64,000 nt of DNA from Gemmatimonadota bacterium. GTDB taxonomy: Bacteria; Gemmatimonadota; Gemmatimonadetes; JACCXV01; JAHWKZ01. The position numbers and the translations under genes are program-made. Below are positions 18,709-28,236 of the stretch, piece by piece; position 1 is the first letter of the stretch; every line of letters begins with the position of its first letter. Under the pieces are notes generated by a model. That model was not told the DNA's origin. It did no database searches and saw nothing but the letters and a program-made list of their open reading frames with translations. The stretch lies in NCBI GenBank assembly GCA_035708865.1, contig DASTFF010000026.1:46176-110175 (forward strand). The letters are read 5' to 3'.

Positions 18709-21648
18709 CTAAAAGTCGTACCCGACGAAGAACGAGAAGTGGACGTCGTCCTGCTCACCCGGAAACAGGCCGCGCCGGTCATCGATGTCGAACCGCCGGG
18801 CCCAGTCGAAGCGCAGGATGAGGGGGCCGATCAGGGGGTACTTGATCGAAGCCCCGTACGCCCCCAGGAGGCCCGGCCAGTCGACGCTCACCAGATCCCC
18901 TTGGTCGTTCTCGACGCGCGTGTCTTCGACCCAGGCATTGCCCAGGTCGACGAAGAAGGCGCCCCAGATTCCGTTGGCCAGCAGCACCGCCGTCCCGCTC
19001 CGGAACCGGTCCGGCGGCAGGATCGGGAAGCGCCACTCCTGGTTGAGGAGGAGCGTCCGGCTGCCGCTCAGCGTGTAGCGCGGGTAACCGCGCAGGGAGA
19101 GGGGTCCGCCCAGGTAGTAGAACGTGGGCAGGTCACCGTGGGAGTAGCGGCCGCGGGCGCGGATCGCGAGCGTCGTGTGCTGCGAAGTACGGAAGTACTT
19201 GCGGGCGTCCAGGAGAACGTCCAGCGTTTCCATGCCACCCTCGCTCACGTTGGTCACCGGCGAAACCGTGACGTTCAGACGCTGGCCATCGATCGGGCCC
19301 GCCGGGCCCCACAGGGCATTGTCGAACACATACCCCAGCGAGGGGATTGCCAGCCAGGCGTCACGGAAGAAATCCCCGCTGTCCGACGACTCGTCGATCG
19401 AGTTCCGCTCGACCGTGAACTCGGCCTCGATGCGCTGGAACTTCGAGAACGGGTACATCAGAATCCCGCTCGCGCCCCACCGCTCCTCGAAGAAGTCGCT
19501 GCGAAAACCCACCCCCTCGCTCCCGGACCGTGAGCCGCCGCCGAACTCATCGCCCAGAAGGGACTCGAAGTACGATTTGAACCGGTAGCCACTGACCCCC
19601 CAGTTGAGCCGGTTCTTGAGGTTCACGTAGGTGAAGGCCCCGGTGAAGCCCGAGAACAGGTTGGTTCGTCCCTGCTGGGAGTTCACCTGGGCGATCATGA
19701 CGTGGTCGCCGAGCAGGTCGCTGAAGAAGACCTGGGCGCCCTCCGCCCGGGTGCCGTCCTCGGCGAAGGCAAGTGCCGCGCTGGCAAAATCCAGCCCGAA
19801 CTCCTTCTCGTATTCGCGCTGGACGTATAGGCCGGCGTCGGGAATCTCCCACGTCCACTCCGGCACGTTGGGATCGACGGCAAGCGAGAAGGTGACCGGA
19901 AGATCGGCCGGGATCTCAGCCCGGTAGATCCCGTACGACAGGTTTTCATAGGCCGTAAAGACGGCGTAGTCCCTGCCGTCGGCCCGGAACCATCGCGGAT
20001 GCATGACGCCCGAAGCCAGCGCCGCCGCACGCGAACCCTTCCCCTCACGGTCCACCACATACAGGTCGAGCGTGCCGGCTCGATCGGACGAAAAGAGGAT
20101 GCGGCGCCCGTCCGGCGACCAGTCGGGGTCGCGATCCACCCACCGTCCGAACGTGAGCGGGCGCGTTTCCCGGCTACGGACATCGATCAGAAACAGGTTG
20201 CGGGCGCCGTCCGCCCCGAACGGCGTGCGATCACTCGAGAAGACGATCGCGTCGCCATCGGGGGACCAGCTTGGGGTGACCTCGAGATAGCTGTCGTCGG
20301 TGAGCCGCTCCCTGCGTCCGGTCGCCAAGTTCCAGACATAGAGGTCGGAGAAGCCGGTCTCGGCCAGCCCGACGAAGGCGATCTGGTTTCCGTCCGGGGA
20401 CCAGGTGGGCGAGGAGAGGACGACCAGGTCGTCCCACGAGATCTCCCGCTCGCGGTCGCCCGACTCCAGGTCGTAGACATAGACGGCATCCCGCGGGCCC
20501 GACTCCGCCACGAACGTCAGCCAACCGGATTCGCTGACGTCGATCAGGCTCTGAAGCGGATGCAGCGACTCCATGTCCCCCGAACGTCCCGCCGTCACCA
20601 CCGTGTCGACGTGGCGGTTGGGCCGCATCAAGTCGGCGGTGTTGATCGTCGTGTAGCCGCTCTCGAGCGACAGGAACGCGATCCCGGCTCCCTCGTCGTC
20701 GCGCACCCCGGCCGGCACGATGGCGGGCGTGAAATTCAGCCGCCCCCTGGTGATCACCGGCTCGGCGACCGTGGAAACCGACCTCTCGGCGGCCAGCGTC
20801 GGGAAGTAGCGCTGCATGAGATGGCGATGCCAGCGCTCGGTGAGCTCGTCGGTCGTGATCCCGTAGATCCGGCGGAAGGCGATCGAGAAGTTGCGGTACT
20901 TCCATTCGCTCTCCATGAGCTCGACGACGCGTTCCTCGCCGAACTCCTGGCCCAGGAACTCGAACAGGTTCTGGCCCAGCTTGTAGGCCGCGAACGATCC
21001 CGCGTACTGATCCAGCTTCGCGACGTGGGGGACGCGGCCGTTCAAGAGCAGGTCGCGCACGACCAGATCCCCCTCGGCCCCCCACGGTCCCGACCAGTAC
21101 TCGGCCAGCCCCTCGGAGAACCAGAACGGAGAGTTCCACTCGTAGCCCCCCGGGTGGAGGCGCTTCAAATGCGATCCCTTGCGGGCCTGGAAGACGTGCA
21201 CCAGCTCGTGGCGGATCACCCGCCGGAAGTCGGCGTAGGAGCCGTTGAACGGCAGCGCCACGCGCCCCTTCAGGAACTCCGTGAAGCCCGCCACACCCTC
21301 GGGGATGAAGAACGGAACGATGTTGGTCTGCTCGAAGTGCTGGTGGCTCGCGTACACGACCAGCGGAATCCGGTCCTTCGGGCTGTACGAGAACTTCTGC
21401 TCCAGGAACTGGAACGATTCCTCGGCGTAGTCCAGCGCCACGAGGGCGAGGTCCCGTTCTTCCGGATAGTAGTACAGGTCGACGTGCTCCCCGGTGAGAA
21501 TCTCCCACTGGAAGTCGTCGTACTGGACCTTGTTCTTGCCGAAGCGGGAGTACTGGGCGCTGAGGGGGGCTGCCGCCGCGAGCAGGAAGAGAAGGGTGGC
21601 GAGGAGAATTCCGGCGCGGCTCGCGGGATCGGGTCGGCGATGGGTCAT
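18709..21648 (-). CDS. outer-membrane fusion protein: HExxH domain, PD40/TolB-like propeller and Omp85-type barrel
   Basis: 979 aa from ATG 21648. Signal peptide MTHRRPDPASRAGILLATLLFLLAAAAPLSAQ; RHELVHVF; PD40 repeats (SPTWSPDGNQIAF, TPSWSPDGDAIVFSSDR, DPDWSPDGRRILFSSDR). C-terminal surface-antigen barrel (YYLGGPLSLRGYP...FSFFVGYDF, terminal F). Confidence 0.75.
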   Translation of the reverse strand: MTHRRPDPASRAGILLATLLFLLAAAAPLSAQYSRFGKNKVQYDDFQWEILTGEHVDLYYYPEERDLALVALDYAEESFQFLEQKFSYSPKDRIPLVVYASHQHFEQTNIVPFFIPEGVAGFTEFLKGRVALPFNGSYADFRRVIRHELVHVFQARKGSHLKRLHPGGYEWNSPFWFSEGLAEYWSGPWGAEGDLVVRDLLLNGRVPHVAKLDQYAGSFAAYKLGQNLFEFLGQEFGEERVVELMESEWKYRNFSIAFRRIYGITTDELTERWHRHLMQRYFPTLAAERSVSTVAEPVITRGRLNFTPAIVPAGVRDDEGAGIAFLSLESGYTTINTADLMRPNRHVDTVVTAGRSGDMESLHPLQSLIDVSESGWLTFVAESGPRDAVYVYDLESGDREREISWDDLVVLSSPTWSPDGNQIAFVGLAETGFSDLYVWNLATGRRERLTDDSYLEVTPSWSPDGDAIVFSSDRTPFGADGARNLFLIDVRSRETRPLTFGRWVDRDPDWSPDGRRILFSSDRAGTLDLYVVDREGKGSRAAALASGVMHPRWFRADGRDYAVFTAYENLSYGIYRAEIPADLPVTFSLAVDPNVPEWTWEIPDAGLYVQREYEKEFGLDFASAALAFAEDGTRAEGAQVFFSDLLGDHVMIAQVNSQQGRTNLFSGFTGAFTYVNLKNRLNWGVSGYRFKSYFESLLGDEFGGGSRSGSEGVGFRSDFFEERWGASGILMYPFSKFQRIEAEFTVERNSIDESSDSGDFFRDAWLAIPSLGYVFDNALWGPAGPIDGQRLNVTVSPVTNVSEGGMETLDVLLDARKYFRTSQHTTLAIRARGRYSHGDLPTFYYLGGPLSLRGYPRYTLSGSRTLLLNQEWRFPILPPDRFRSGTAVLLANGIWGAFFVDLGNAWVEDTRVENDQGDLVSVDWPGLLGAYGASIKYPLIGPLILRFDWARRFDIDDRRGLFPGEQDDVHFSFFVGYDF

Positions 21649-21770
21649 CGTTGAGTGTCCGCTCCCGGGAAAGATGTTCGATCCGCGATCCCGCCGCCCC
21701 CACGAAGGATGCGCAGGTTCCGCGCCGGAGGCAACCCGCTCGGACAAAACCCCTCGCTCCGGGGACGGGT

Positions 21771-22199
21771 TTAGCCGGGCCCGGCCCGCCGCAGCGCGTT
21801 CTCGACGTCGGCCGGGATCCGGCACGGCCGCCGGTCCCCGCCGAGCGCCACGAGCCGGGTTTCGCCGTGCGCCACCGGTCGTCCCCCGGTGCTGATCTCG
21901 TACCCGAAGTCGACCGTCCGGCTCCGGAGCCGAGTCACCCGCGTGGCGATCTCGACCCGGTCGGCGTACCGAGCGGCACCCACGTAGCGACAGCGCGCGT
22001 CCACGACCGAGAACACCACCCCGCGTTCCTCCAGGGCCCGGTACGGGAAGCCTAGCGCCTCCAGAAACGCCGTCCGTCCGACCTCCATCCACACCAGGTA
22101 GTGGGCGTGGTAGGCGACCCCCTGCTGATCGGTCTCGGCGTAGCGGACCTCGACCGCGGTCCGGTGGACGGCTCCGGCCACCGGAGCCGGCTCAGGCAT
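21771..22199 (-). CDS. acyl-CoA thioesterase, YbgC/4HBT family
   Basis: 142 aa: VRYAETDQQGVAYHAHYLVWME hot-dog fold signature. Confidence 0.8.
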   Translation of the reverse strand: MPEPAPVAGAVHRTAVEVRYAETDQQGVAYHAHYLVWMEVGRTAFLEALGFPYRALEERGVVFSVVDARCRYVGAARYADRVEIATRVTRLRSRTVDFGYEISTGGRPVAHGETRLVALGGDRRPCRIPADVENALRRAGPG

Positions 22200-22800
22200 C
22201 GGGGCTCTCGTCCAGGCCCGCCAGAAGGTCCTCCACCATGCGCGTCCGGTCCCACTCGCCGGCCACGGCCCGGGCCGCGGTGCGGAGGACGGCGGGCTCG
22301 ACGCCGGCGTGCAGCGCCCCCTGCAGGTGGGAGGCGAGCTGGCGTCCCTCCCCGATCGCGATCAGCGCGCCCACCGCCGACATCTCGCGAACGGCCGGGC
22401 CGGGGCCCTCGCGGCTCAGCACCTTTCCATAGCCATCGATCAGCGTCCACTCGGCGAGCGCCGGATGGAGCCGCCCCAGGCGGATCTGGAGGGCCTCGTA
22501 GTTGTTTCCGTAGACCAGCCGGCAGAGCGCCTCACCGCGCTTCCGCCAGAGCTCCGGCTGGACCGCCTCGACCCGCGGACCGTCGCGCCGGCCGCGGCGC
22601 GCGGCCCAGGCCTGCCACACCACGAACGCGTTGATCGTCCGCGGAAAGCCGGCGAACAGGACGGTCTGGAGCAGGAGCTCCTCCACGTCGTGCCCGGTCA
22701 GGAAGTCGGCGCGCTCGAGAACCGCCCTCAGGCGCTCCGGGTCGCCGCCGGCCGCGGCCGCACCGAGGAGGCCGATCACCATCGCCTCGCCAGCCGTCAC
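22192..22800 (-). CDS. carboxymuconolactone decarboxylase (AhpD-like) family protein
   Basis: Start at GTG 22800, a GTGA overlap with the upstream stop. ELLLQTVLFAGFPRTINAF and REMSAVGALIAIG are CMD-like helices. The 435-aa track ORF is a read-through. Confidence 0.65.
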   Translation of the reverse strand: MTAGEAMVIGLLGAAAAGGDPERLRAVLERADFLTGHDVEELLLQTVLFAGFPRTINAFVVWQAWAARRGRRDGPRVEAVQPELWRKRGEALCRLVYGNNYEALQIRLGRLHPALAEWTLIDGYGKVLSREGPGPAVREMSAVGALIAIGEGRQLASHLQGALHAGVEPAVLRTAARAVAGEWDRTRMVEDLLAGLDESPDA

Positions 22801-23843
22801 GACTCGATCCCCAGGGGAAGCCGGGCGTCGATCCTCCCCACGATGCGGTCGGCATGGTTGCGGATGTCGGGCCGCCGGTGCCCGGCCAGCCCGGCGGCCG
22901 CCGGCTCGTCGAGGGCGCCGACCGAGACGAGCAGCTCGATCAGCGCCACATCCTGGGCCCGTCTGGCGCCGTCGGCGACCTTCAGCGCCAGGCCCAGTCC
23001 CGGCTCGCGCAGGGCCGCCACGAACACCCCTTCCGCCCCCGTCTTGACGACCACCCGGCTTCCGGCGCGCGCCAACAGGTCGGTGTCGACGCGGCCCGTG
23101 CCCGCGACGTATTCGGGATGGGAGGCCATCGCGTCCAGCACGAGCCCGATCGCCCGCCCGCGGTCGGTGCCGCGCTCCCGATCGGCCGCGGCCAGCCGGG
23201 CGAACGCGGTCGCCATCGCCGCCACGGGAAGGTAGAAGGTGGGGGCTCCGCACCCGTCCACCGCAAGGGGCACCTCGGACGGCGTCAGCCCCGCCAGATC
23301 GGCGACCGTCCGATGGATCCGCTCCTGAAGCGGATGATCGGGCTCGAGATACGTTTCGAGCGGCCACCCCATCGCGCGGCAGGCGGCCAGCATCCCGGCG
23401 TGCTTGCCGCTGCAGTTGTTGTGGATCGGCTCGGGCTCCCGCCCGCTGCGGCGGAGCTCGGCCGCCGCCTCCTCGTCGAGGGGCGGGTGGGGCCCGCACT
23501 GAAGAAGCTCCGGATCGAGTTCCGCCCGCCGCAGAATGCTCAGGACCGCCTCCAGGTGGAACGGCTGTGCGCCGTGAGAGGCCACCATGACCGCCAGCTC
23601 GGGCCCGGTGAATCCGTACCGCTCGACGAGCCCTTCCTCGACCAGCGGCAGGACCTGGATCGGCTTGGCCGAGCTGCGGATCCAGGCCCTTCGCCCCGGG
23701 TCCCCGTGGACCGACTTGAGGTGCCCTTCACGGTCCGCCACGACGGCATGGACGGCGTGCAGCGACTCAATCCGTTCGCCGCGCCACACCCGGACGCCGA
23801 GGGTCTCGTCGTCGCCGAAGTCGTGGATCGCCGCCTCCGTCAT
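22797..23843 (-). CDS. asparaginase-II-like (Asparaginase_II family) protein
   Basis: 348 aa from ATG 23843: RSSAKPIQ, HNNCSGKHAGMLA, VDGCGAPTF, VKTGAEGV. ATGA overlap with the upstream stop. Confidence 0.75.
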   Translation of the reverse strand: MTEAAIHDFGDDETLGVRVWRGERIESLHAVHAVVADREGHLKSVHGDPGRRAWIRSSAKPIQVLPLVEEGLVERYGFTGPELAVMVASHGAQPFHLEAVLSILRRAELDPELLQCGPHPPLDEEAAAELRRSGREPEPIHNNCSGKHAGMLAACRAMGWPLETYLEPDHPLQERIHRTVADLAGLTPSEVPLAVDGCGAPTFYLPVAAMATAFARLAAADRERGTDRGRAIGLVLDAMASHPEYVAGTGRVDTDLLARAGSRVVVKTGAEGVFVAALREPGLGLALKVADGARRAQDVALIELLVSVGALDEPAAAGLAGHRRPDIRNHADRIVGRIDARLPLGIES

Positions 23844-24559
23844 GGACCGGAGCGCTCTCCGATCGACTCCTCCAGCGTTGCGAAGCGGGCCGGCGGCAGG
23901 AGGGCGTGGAGGGCACGCCACGTCCTCGGATAGTTCGCCGCGAACTCCTCCGAGCGGGAGCCGGCGTACCACTCGTATAGGTCCTCGGGGGTGTCGAGGT
24001 CCCGCGCGACCTCGAGGAGCTCGAGCTCCAGGCCGGCCTCGCGGGCCTGGCCCACGGTGGCTTCGAGGACCGCGCCCGTACCCCACGGAATGTCACGGAA
24101 GAGCTCGGGGTGCGGCCTCCGCAGGCCGATCAGATAGTAGCCTCCGTCCAGCGCCGGCCCCAGCACCACCTCGGCGTGGGCGAGCCGCTCGGCGGCGGCC
24201 CGGATCCGCGCCGGGGTGAGCCCCGGGCAGTCGCTTCCCACGACAAGCGCCGGCTGTCCCTTCTCACACAGGATCTCGAACACGCGCGCCAGCCGCTCGC
24301 CCAGATCGCCCGGCCCCTGTGGAAGGAGCCGCCGGTGTCGTCCGAGCAGCCGGTCGAGCACGCCCCGGCCTCCCGAAGGGGTGAACGCGATGACCGTGCG
24401 GGCGCACGACTCCGCGACCTCGATCGTGTCCAGGAGGAGCGCCTCGTAGAGCTCGGCCGCCTCGGCGGCGTGCAGGATCGGGATGAGCCGTGTCTTCACC
24501 CTCCCCGGCTCGGGCGCCCGGGCGAACACGGCGACCTGCGGCCGGGGCGCGCGGGTCAC
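23840..24559 (-). CDS. DUF2064-family (glycosyltransferase-like) protein
   Basis: VAVFARAPEPGRVKTRL, VVGSDCPGL, GPALDGGYYLIG. Start tentatively at GTG 24559; the track start at 24640 adds an R/P-rich extension. Confidence 0.65.
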   Translation of the reverse strand: MTRAPRPQVAVFARAPEPGRVKTRLIPILHAAEAAELYEALLLDTIEVAESCARTVIAFTPSGGRGVLDRLLGRHRRLLPQGPGDLGERLARVFEILCEKGQPALVVGSDCPGLTPARIRAAAERLAHAEVVLGPALDGGYYLIGLRRPHPELFRDIPWGTGAVLEATVGQAREAGLELELLEVARDLDTPEDLYEWYAGSRSEEFAANYPRTWRALHALLPPARFATLEESIGERSGP

Positions 24560-24724
24560 CGGGCGCCGGCCCGCGCCCCGCGGCGACTGCCGGCGTGGGG
24601 GCCGGCGCGGCGGGCGCTGGGGAGGTCGAGGGCGGCTCACGCCGCCAAGCTAGCCAGGTGGGGATGGCGCGGCCCCGAGAGGGCGCGGCGGATGCTGGGT
24701 TTTAAGGTCTTGAAAAAGACGGGG

Positions 24725-24845
24725 AGGGCGTTCAAAACGGGCAGGATCAAGGCGTCCGACGGAGGAGGCCTGAGGCGTACGCAATAGGTACGCCGCAAGA
24801 CCGCCGAAGGAGGACAACGCGGAGCTTGCCCGTTTTCAACGCCCT
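24725..24845 (-). other. 121-nt element bounded by a 19-nt inverted repeat; candidate structured RNA, 3'UTR element or MITE-like insert
   Basis: AGGGCGTTCAAAACGGGCA (24725-24743) pairs with TGCCCGTTTTCAACGCCCT (24827-24845) at 18 of 19 positions. A central hairpin GGCGTAC-gcaatag-GTACGCC sits at 24774-24794. GC content is locally lower. On the minus strand it starts at the rseP stop codon and is followed by GUCUUUUUC. Confidence 0.45.
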
Positions 24846-26214
24846 AAAGGCCAATCAGGCGGAGCATGTCGGATGTAAACGCCAGCGCCATCAACAGAAC
24901 CAGGAACGCCAGCCCGACCTGGGAGAGGCGAAGCTTCTGCCGCGCCGACAGCGGCCGGCCGCGGGTGGCCTCGATCGCCAGGAACAGGATGTGGCCGCCG
25001 TCCAGCACAGGGATCGGCAGCAGGTTCAGGATCGCCAGGTTGATCGAGAAGAGGGCGATCCAGCCGAGCAGGCTCTGCCAGCCGCGGCGCGCGAACCGGC
25101 CCGTCAGCTGCCCGATCGCGACCGGCCCGCCTAGCGAGCGGACCGATACGTTGCCGGTGACGAGCTGGTACAGGCCGCCCACGATCAGCGTGCTCGCCTG
25201 CAGCGCGGTGCGGGTGCCCGTGGAGAGCGCCTCGATCGGGCCCAGTTCCACGATCTCGGTTTCGGCGGTCACCCCCAGCCAGCCGGTCGCGACGAACTTT
25301 CCGTCGCTGGCGCGCGGCGTCTGCTCGGAGCCCGTATGGACGGTGAGCGAGAGCCGTACCGGCTCGCCGTCCGCGCCGGGACGCTCGACCTGGACGGCGA
25401 TCCGGCGGTCGGGCCGGTCGCGGACGAACTCCACCACTTCGGCGAACGAGTGGACCTCCTCGCCGTCGATCGACACGATCCGGTCCCCGGGCTGGATCCC
25501 CGCCAGCGCGGCCGGGCTTCCGTCCTCGACATCGATGATGAGCGGCTCGGTCAGCGGGAGGAGGCCGGCAGCGAAGCCGCCCTGGTCCTCCTCCGGGACG
25601 GGGACCTCGATCGTCCGCCCGTCGGCGAGGGCGATCTCGGCGCGCCTGCCGCTCGCCTCGTCGAGGGCGCGGTCGATCTCGTACCAGTTGGCGACCGGCC
25701 GGCCATCCACGGCCGCGACGTCGACCCCGCCGTCGGCAAGCGGCTCGAGGGCCGGATACTCCGCCAGCGCGACCGAGTCGACCCCGGCCACGCGCGTTCC
25801 CTTGGTGGTCGGGATCCCCTCTCCGAAGGCCAGGAACACGTAGATGAGCCAACCGAGGAGAAAATTCATGATCACGCCCGCGCTGATGACCAGCAGGCGC
25901 CATCGAATGGGCTTGTTGTCGAACCGCTTGTCGGGTGGGACGTTCGAATCGTCGACCTGGAGATCGGGCCCGCCTTCCAGCTTCTCGAACGCCTCCTCCC
26001 CTTCCATGCCGGCCAGCTTCACGTAGCCGCCGAAGGGGACGGCGCTCAGACAGTAGTCGGTCTCGCCCCAGCGGAACCCCACCAGCCGCGGCCCGAGGCC
26101 GATCGAGAAGCGGGGGACCGAGATCCCGGCCCATTTGGCGGTCATGAAGTGGCCCAGCTCGTGGACGAACACGAGCAGGCCGAGCACCAGGACGGTCAGC
26201 AGGAAGGTCTGCAT
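24844..26214 (-). CDS. rseP: RIP metalloprotease RseP (site-2 protease)
   Basis: 456 aa from ATG 26214: MQTFLLTVLVLGLLVFVHELGHF (HExxH), PDZ region (GIQPGDRIVSIDG), and C-terminal LLPIPVLDGGH. Confidence 0.85.
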   Translation of the reverse strand: MQTFLLTVLVLGLLVFVHELGHFMTAKWAGISVPRFSIGLGPRLVGFRWGETDYCLSAVPFGGYVKLAGMEGEEAFEKLEGGPDLQVDDSNVPPDKRFDNKPIRWRLLVISAGVIMNFLLGWLIYVFLAFGEGIPTTKGTRVAGVDSVALAEYPALEPLADGGVDVAAVDGRPVANWYEIDRALDEASGRRAEIALADGRTIEVPVPEEDQGGFAAGLLPLTEPLIIDVEDGSPAALAGIQPGDRIVSIDGEEVHSFAEVVEFVRDRPDRRIAVQVERPGADGEPVRLSLTVHTGSEQTPRASDGKFVATGWLGVTAETEIVELGPIEALSTGTRTALQASTLIVGGLYQLVTGNVSVRSLGGPVAIGQLTGRFARRGWQSLLGWIALFSINLAILNLLPIPVLDGGHILFLAIEATRGRPLSARQKLRLSQVGLAFLVLLMALAFTSDMLRLIGL

Positions 26215-26221
26215 CTCCGAA

Positions 26222-27400
26222 TTACCCTCGCGTTCCGGTCGGGGTCCACGCGAACCCCGTCCGCTCGCCGGCCCGCTCGCGGGCCCACCGGTCGGCGTCC
26301 AGAAGCGTCTCCACCGAGTCCGCCGGCTGCACTTCGTGCGCGCCGAGGACTTGATCGCAGATCGCCGGAATCTGCGGGAAAGCGATGTGCCCGGCAAGGA
26401 ACGCCGAGACGGCGACCTCATTGGCCGCGTTGAATACAGCCGGGGCCGTTCCCCCCGCCTTGCCGGCCTCGCGGGCGATACGAAGCGCCGGGAACCGCTC
26501 CTCGTCCGGCGTCTCGAACGTGAGCCCGCTGAGCCTCGTGACGTCCACCCGGCCACCGTGCGCCACCCGCTCCGGCCACGTCAGGGCGGCCCGGATCGGC
26601 GAGCGCATGTCGGGCTCACCCAGTTCGGCAAAGAGCGTGCCGTCCACGCACTCGACCATCCCGTGAACGATCGACTGAGGGTGGATCACCACGTCGATCC
26701 GGTCGTAGCCGAAGCCGAAGAGATGATGCGCCTCGATCACCTCCAGGCCCTTGTTGGCCAGGGTCGCCGAGTCGATGGTGATCTTGGGGCCCATCGACCA
26801 GGTGGGATGGGCGAGCGCCTCCGCGGGCGTGACCCGGCCGAGCCGCTCGGCGGACAGCTCCCGGAAGGGGCCGCCGCTCGCGGTCAGGACGATGCGCCTC
26901 ACGCCCTCCCTGGAGCGCCCGTCCAGGAGCTGCCAGAGCGCGTTGTGCTCGCTGTCCACCGGCCGCAGGCGGCCATCCCCGCCGGCGGCCCGCACGACCA
27001 GCTCGCCGCCCACGACCAGCGATTCCTTGTTGGCCAGGGCGACCCGCTTCCCGGCTTTCAGCGCGGCCAGCGTGGGCACCAGGCCGGCCGCGCCCACGAT
27101 ACCGTTGAGAACGGTGGCGGCCGTCGGCATCCGCGCCAGCTCGGCGACCCCTTCCGGACCCTGGAGGCACTCGACCCCACCGAAGGCGCCCGCCGCGCGT
27201 GCCTGCCGCCACGCCTCGGGATCGGCGATCGCGACCGCCTCGACCCCCGTCTCGCAGGCGATACGGTCCAGCTCCCTCCAGCTCGCGAGGCACGACAGGC
27301 CGACCACCCGGAAGCGGTCGCCCAGGTCGCGGAGGACCTCGAGCGCGCTCGCGCCGATCGAGCCGGTCGCACCCAGCAGGACGAGGCCTTCGCCGGTCAC
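26222..27400 (-). CDS. dxr: 1-deoxy-D-xylulose-5-phosphate reductoisomerase
   Basis: VLLGATGSIGAS, LANKESLV, VDSEHNA, HPTWSMGPKITIDSATL(A)NKGLEVIEAHHLF. Start set at GTG 27400, a GTGA overlap with the cdsA stop. Confidence 0.9.
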   Translation of the reverse strand: MTGEGLVLLGATGSIGASALEVLRDLGDRFRVVGLSCLASWRELDRIACETGVEAVAIADPEAWRQARAAGAFGGVECLQGPEGVAELARMPTAATVLNGIVGAAGLVPTLAALKAGKRVALANKESLVVGGELVVRAAGGDGRLRPVDSEHNALWQLLDGRSREGVRRIVLTASGGPFRELSAERLGRVTPAEALAHPTWSMGPKITIDSATLANKGLEVIEAHHLFGFGYDRIDVVIHPQSIVHGMVECVDGTLFAELGEPDMRSPIRAALTWPERVAHGGRVDVTRLSGLTFETPDEERFPALRIAREAGKAGGTAPAVFNAANEVAVSAFLAGHIAFPQIPAICDQVLGAHEVQPADSVETLLDADRWARERAGERTGFAWTPTGTRG

Positions 27401-28236
27401 GGGGCGTAGCACCGCAGGTACCAGTAGAAGGCCGGCACGGTGAAGAGCGCGGCGTCGAAGCGGTCGAGGATGCCGCCGTGACCGGGCACCAGGCCCGAGG
27501 AATCCTTGACCCCGGCGTCGCGCTTGAACGCCGATTCCACCAGATCGCCGAGCGGGCTCACGACGCCCACCAGCGCGCCCACCGCCAGGCCGTGGAAGGC
27601 CCCGTACAGACCGAGCGCCGGCAGGAGCAAGGTCCCCGCCACCGCCGACCCGACCAGTGCGGCGAGCGCCCCTTCCCAGGACTTCCCGGGGCTGACCCGG
27701 GGCAGGAGCCGCCGGCGCCCCCAGCGTCGGCCGGCGAAGTACGCCACCGTGTCGTTCAGCCAGGTGAGGACGAGCGGCACCATGAGGAGGATTGCTCCCA
27801 GCCGGTAGGAAGCGCCTGCCATCTCGCGGGGCATCTCACGGAGGAGGACCATGTGCCCGAACAGGAGCCCTGCGTAAAGGGCGCCGAGCAGCGTGAACCC
27901 GACGCTCGCCATCGCCTCCGTCCCGTCCGGGTCCAGCATCTGGGCGGCCGCGACCGCGGCCACGCCCGCCGTCATGACCGCGATCCAGACCCACGGGTCG
28001 GCGGGACCGGCGTAGAGCAGGACCGGCAACGCGGCGCCGAGCGCCATGCCCGGCACCCAGCGCGGCCGGTACGGCTTCTCGCGCGCGAAGGCATAGAGCT
28101 CGGCGATCCCCGCCACCGCGAGGGCGACGACGACGACCAGAAAGACCCAGCCGCCGACGACGATCGTCAGGACGAAGAGGGGCAGGAGGACCGCGGCCGT
28201 CGCGAGCCGGCGGCCGAGCCCCTGATCGAGGGTCAA
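27397..28236 (-). CDS. cdsA: phosphatidate cytidylyltransferase
   Basis: 279 aa and multi-pass. SPGKSWEGALAALVGS and GHGGILDRFDA form the CDS signature. The TTG start overlaps the uppS stop as TTGA. Confidence 0.85.
   Translation of the reverse strand: MTLDQGLGRRLATAAVLLPLFVLTIVVGGWVFLVVVVALAVAGIAELYAFAREKPYRPRWVPGMALGAALPVLLYAGPADPWVWIAVMTAGVAAVAAAQMLDPDGTEAMASVGFTLLGALYAGLLFGHMVLLREMPREMAGASYRLGAILLMVPLVLTWLNDTVAYFAGRRWGRRRLLPRVSPGKSWEGALAALVGSAVAGTLLLPALGLYGAFHGLAVGALVGVVSPLGDLVESAFKRDAGVKDSSGLVPGHGGILDRFDAALFTVPAFYWYLRCYAP

Noticed and set aside
24725-24845. Whether the inverted-repeat element is SRP (4.5S) RNA or 6S RNA.
   Set aside because: It has no GGAA/GNRA-capped domain IV helix with the conserved AGCA/GGAA loops, and it is too short and lacks the central bubble expected of 6S RNA. 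It stays as an unclassified element.
24826-25134. 102-aa plus-strand ORF with a strong AAGGAGGA 11 nt upstream of its TTG start.
   Set aside because: It lies antisense to the conserved C-terminus of rseP. Its product is Q/R/D-rich with no motifs. The SD-like sequence is better explained as part of the structured element at 24725-24845.
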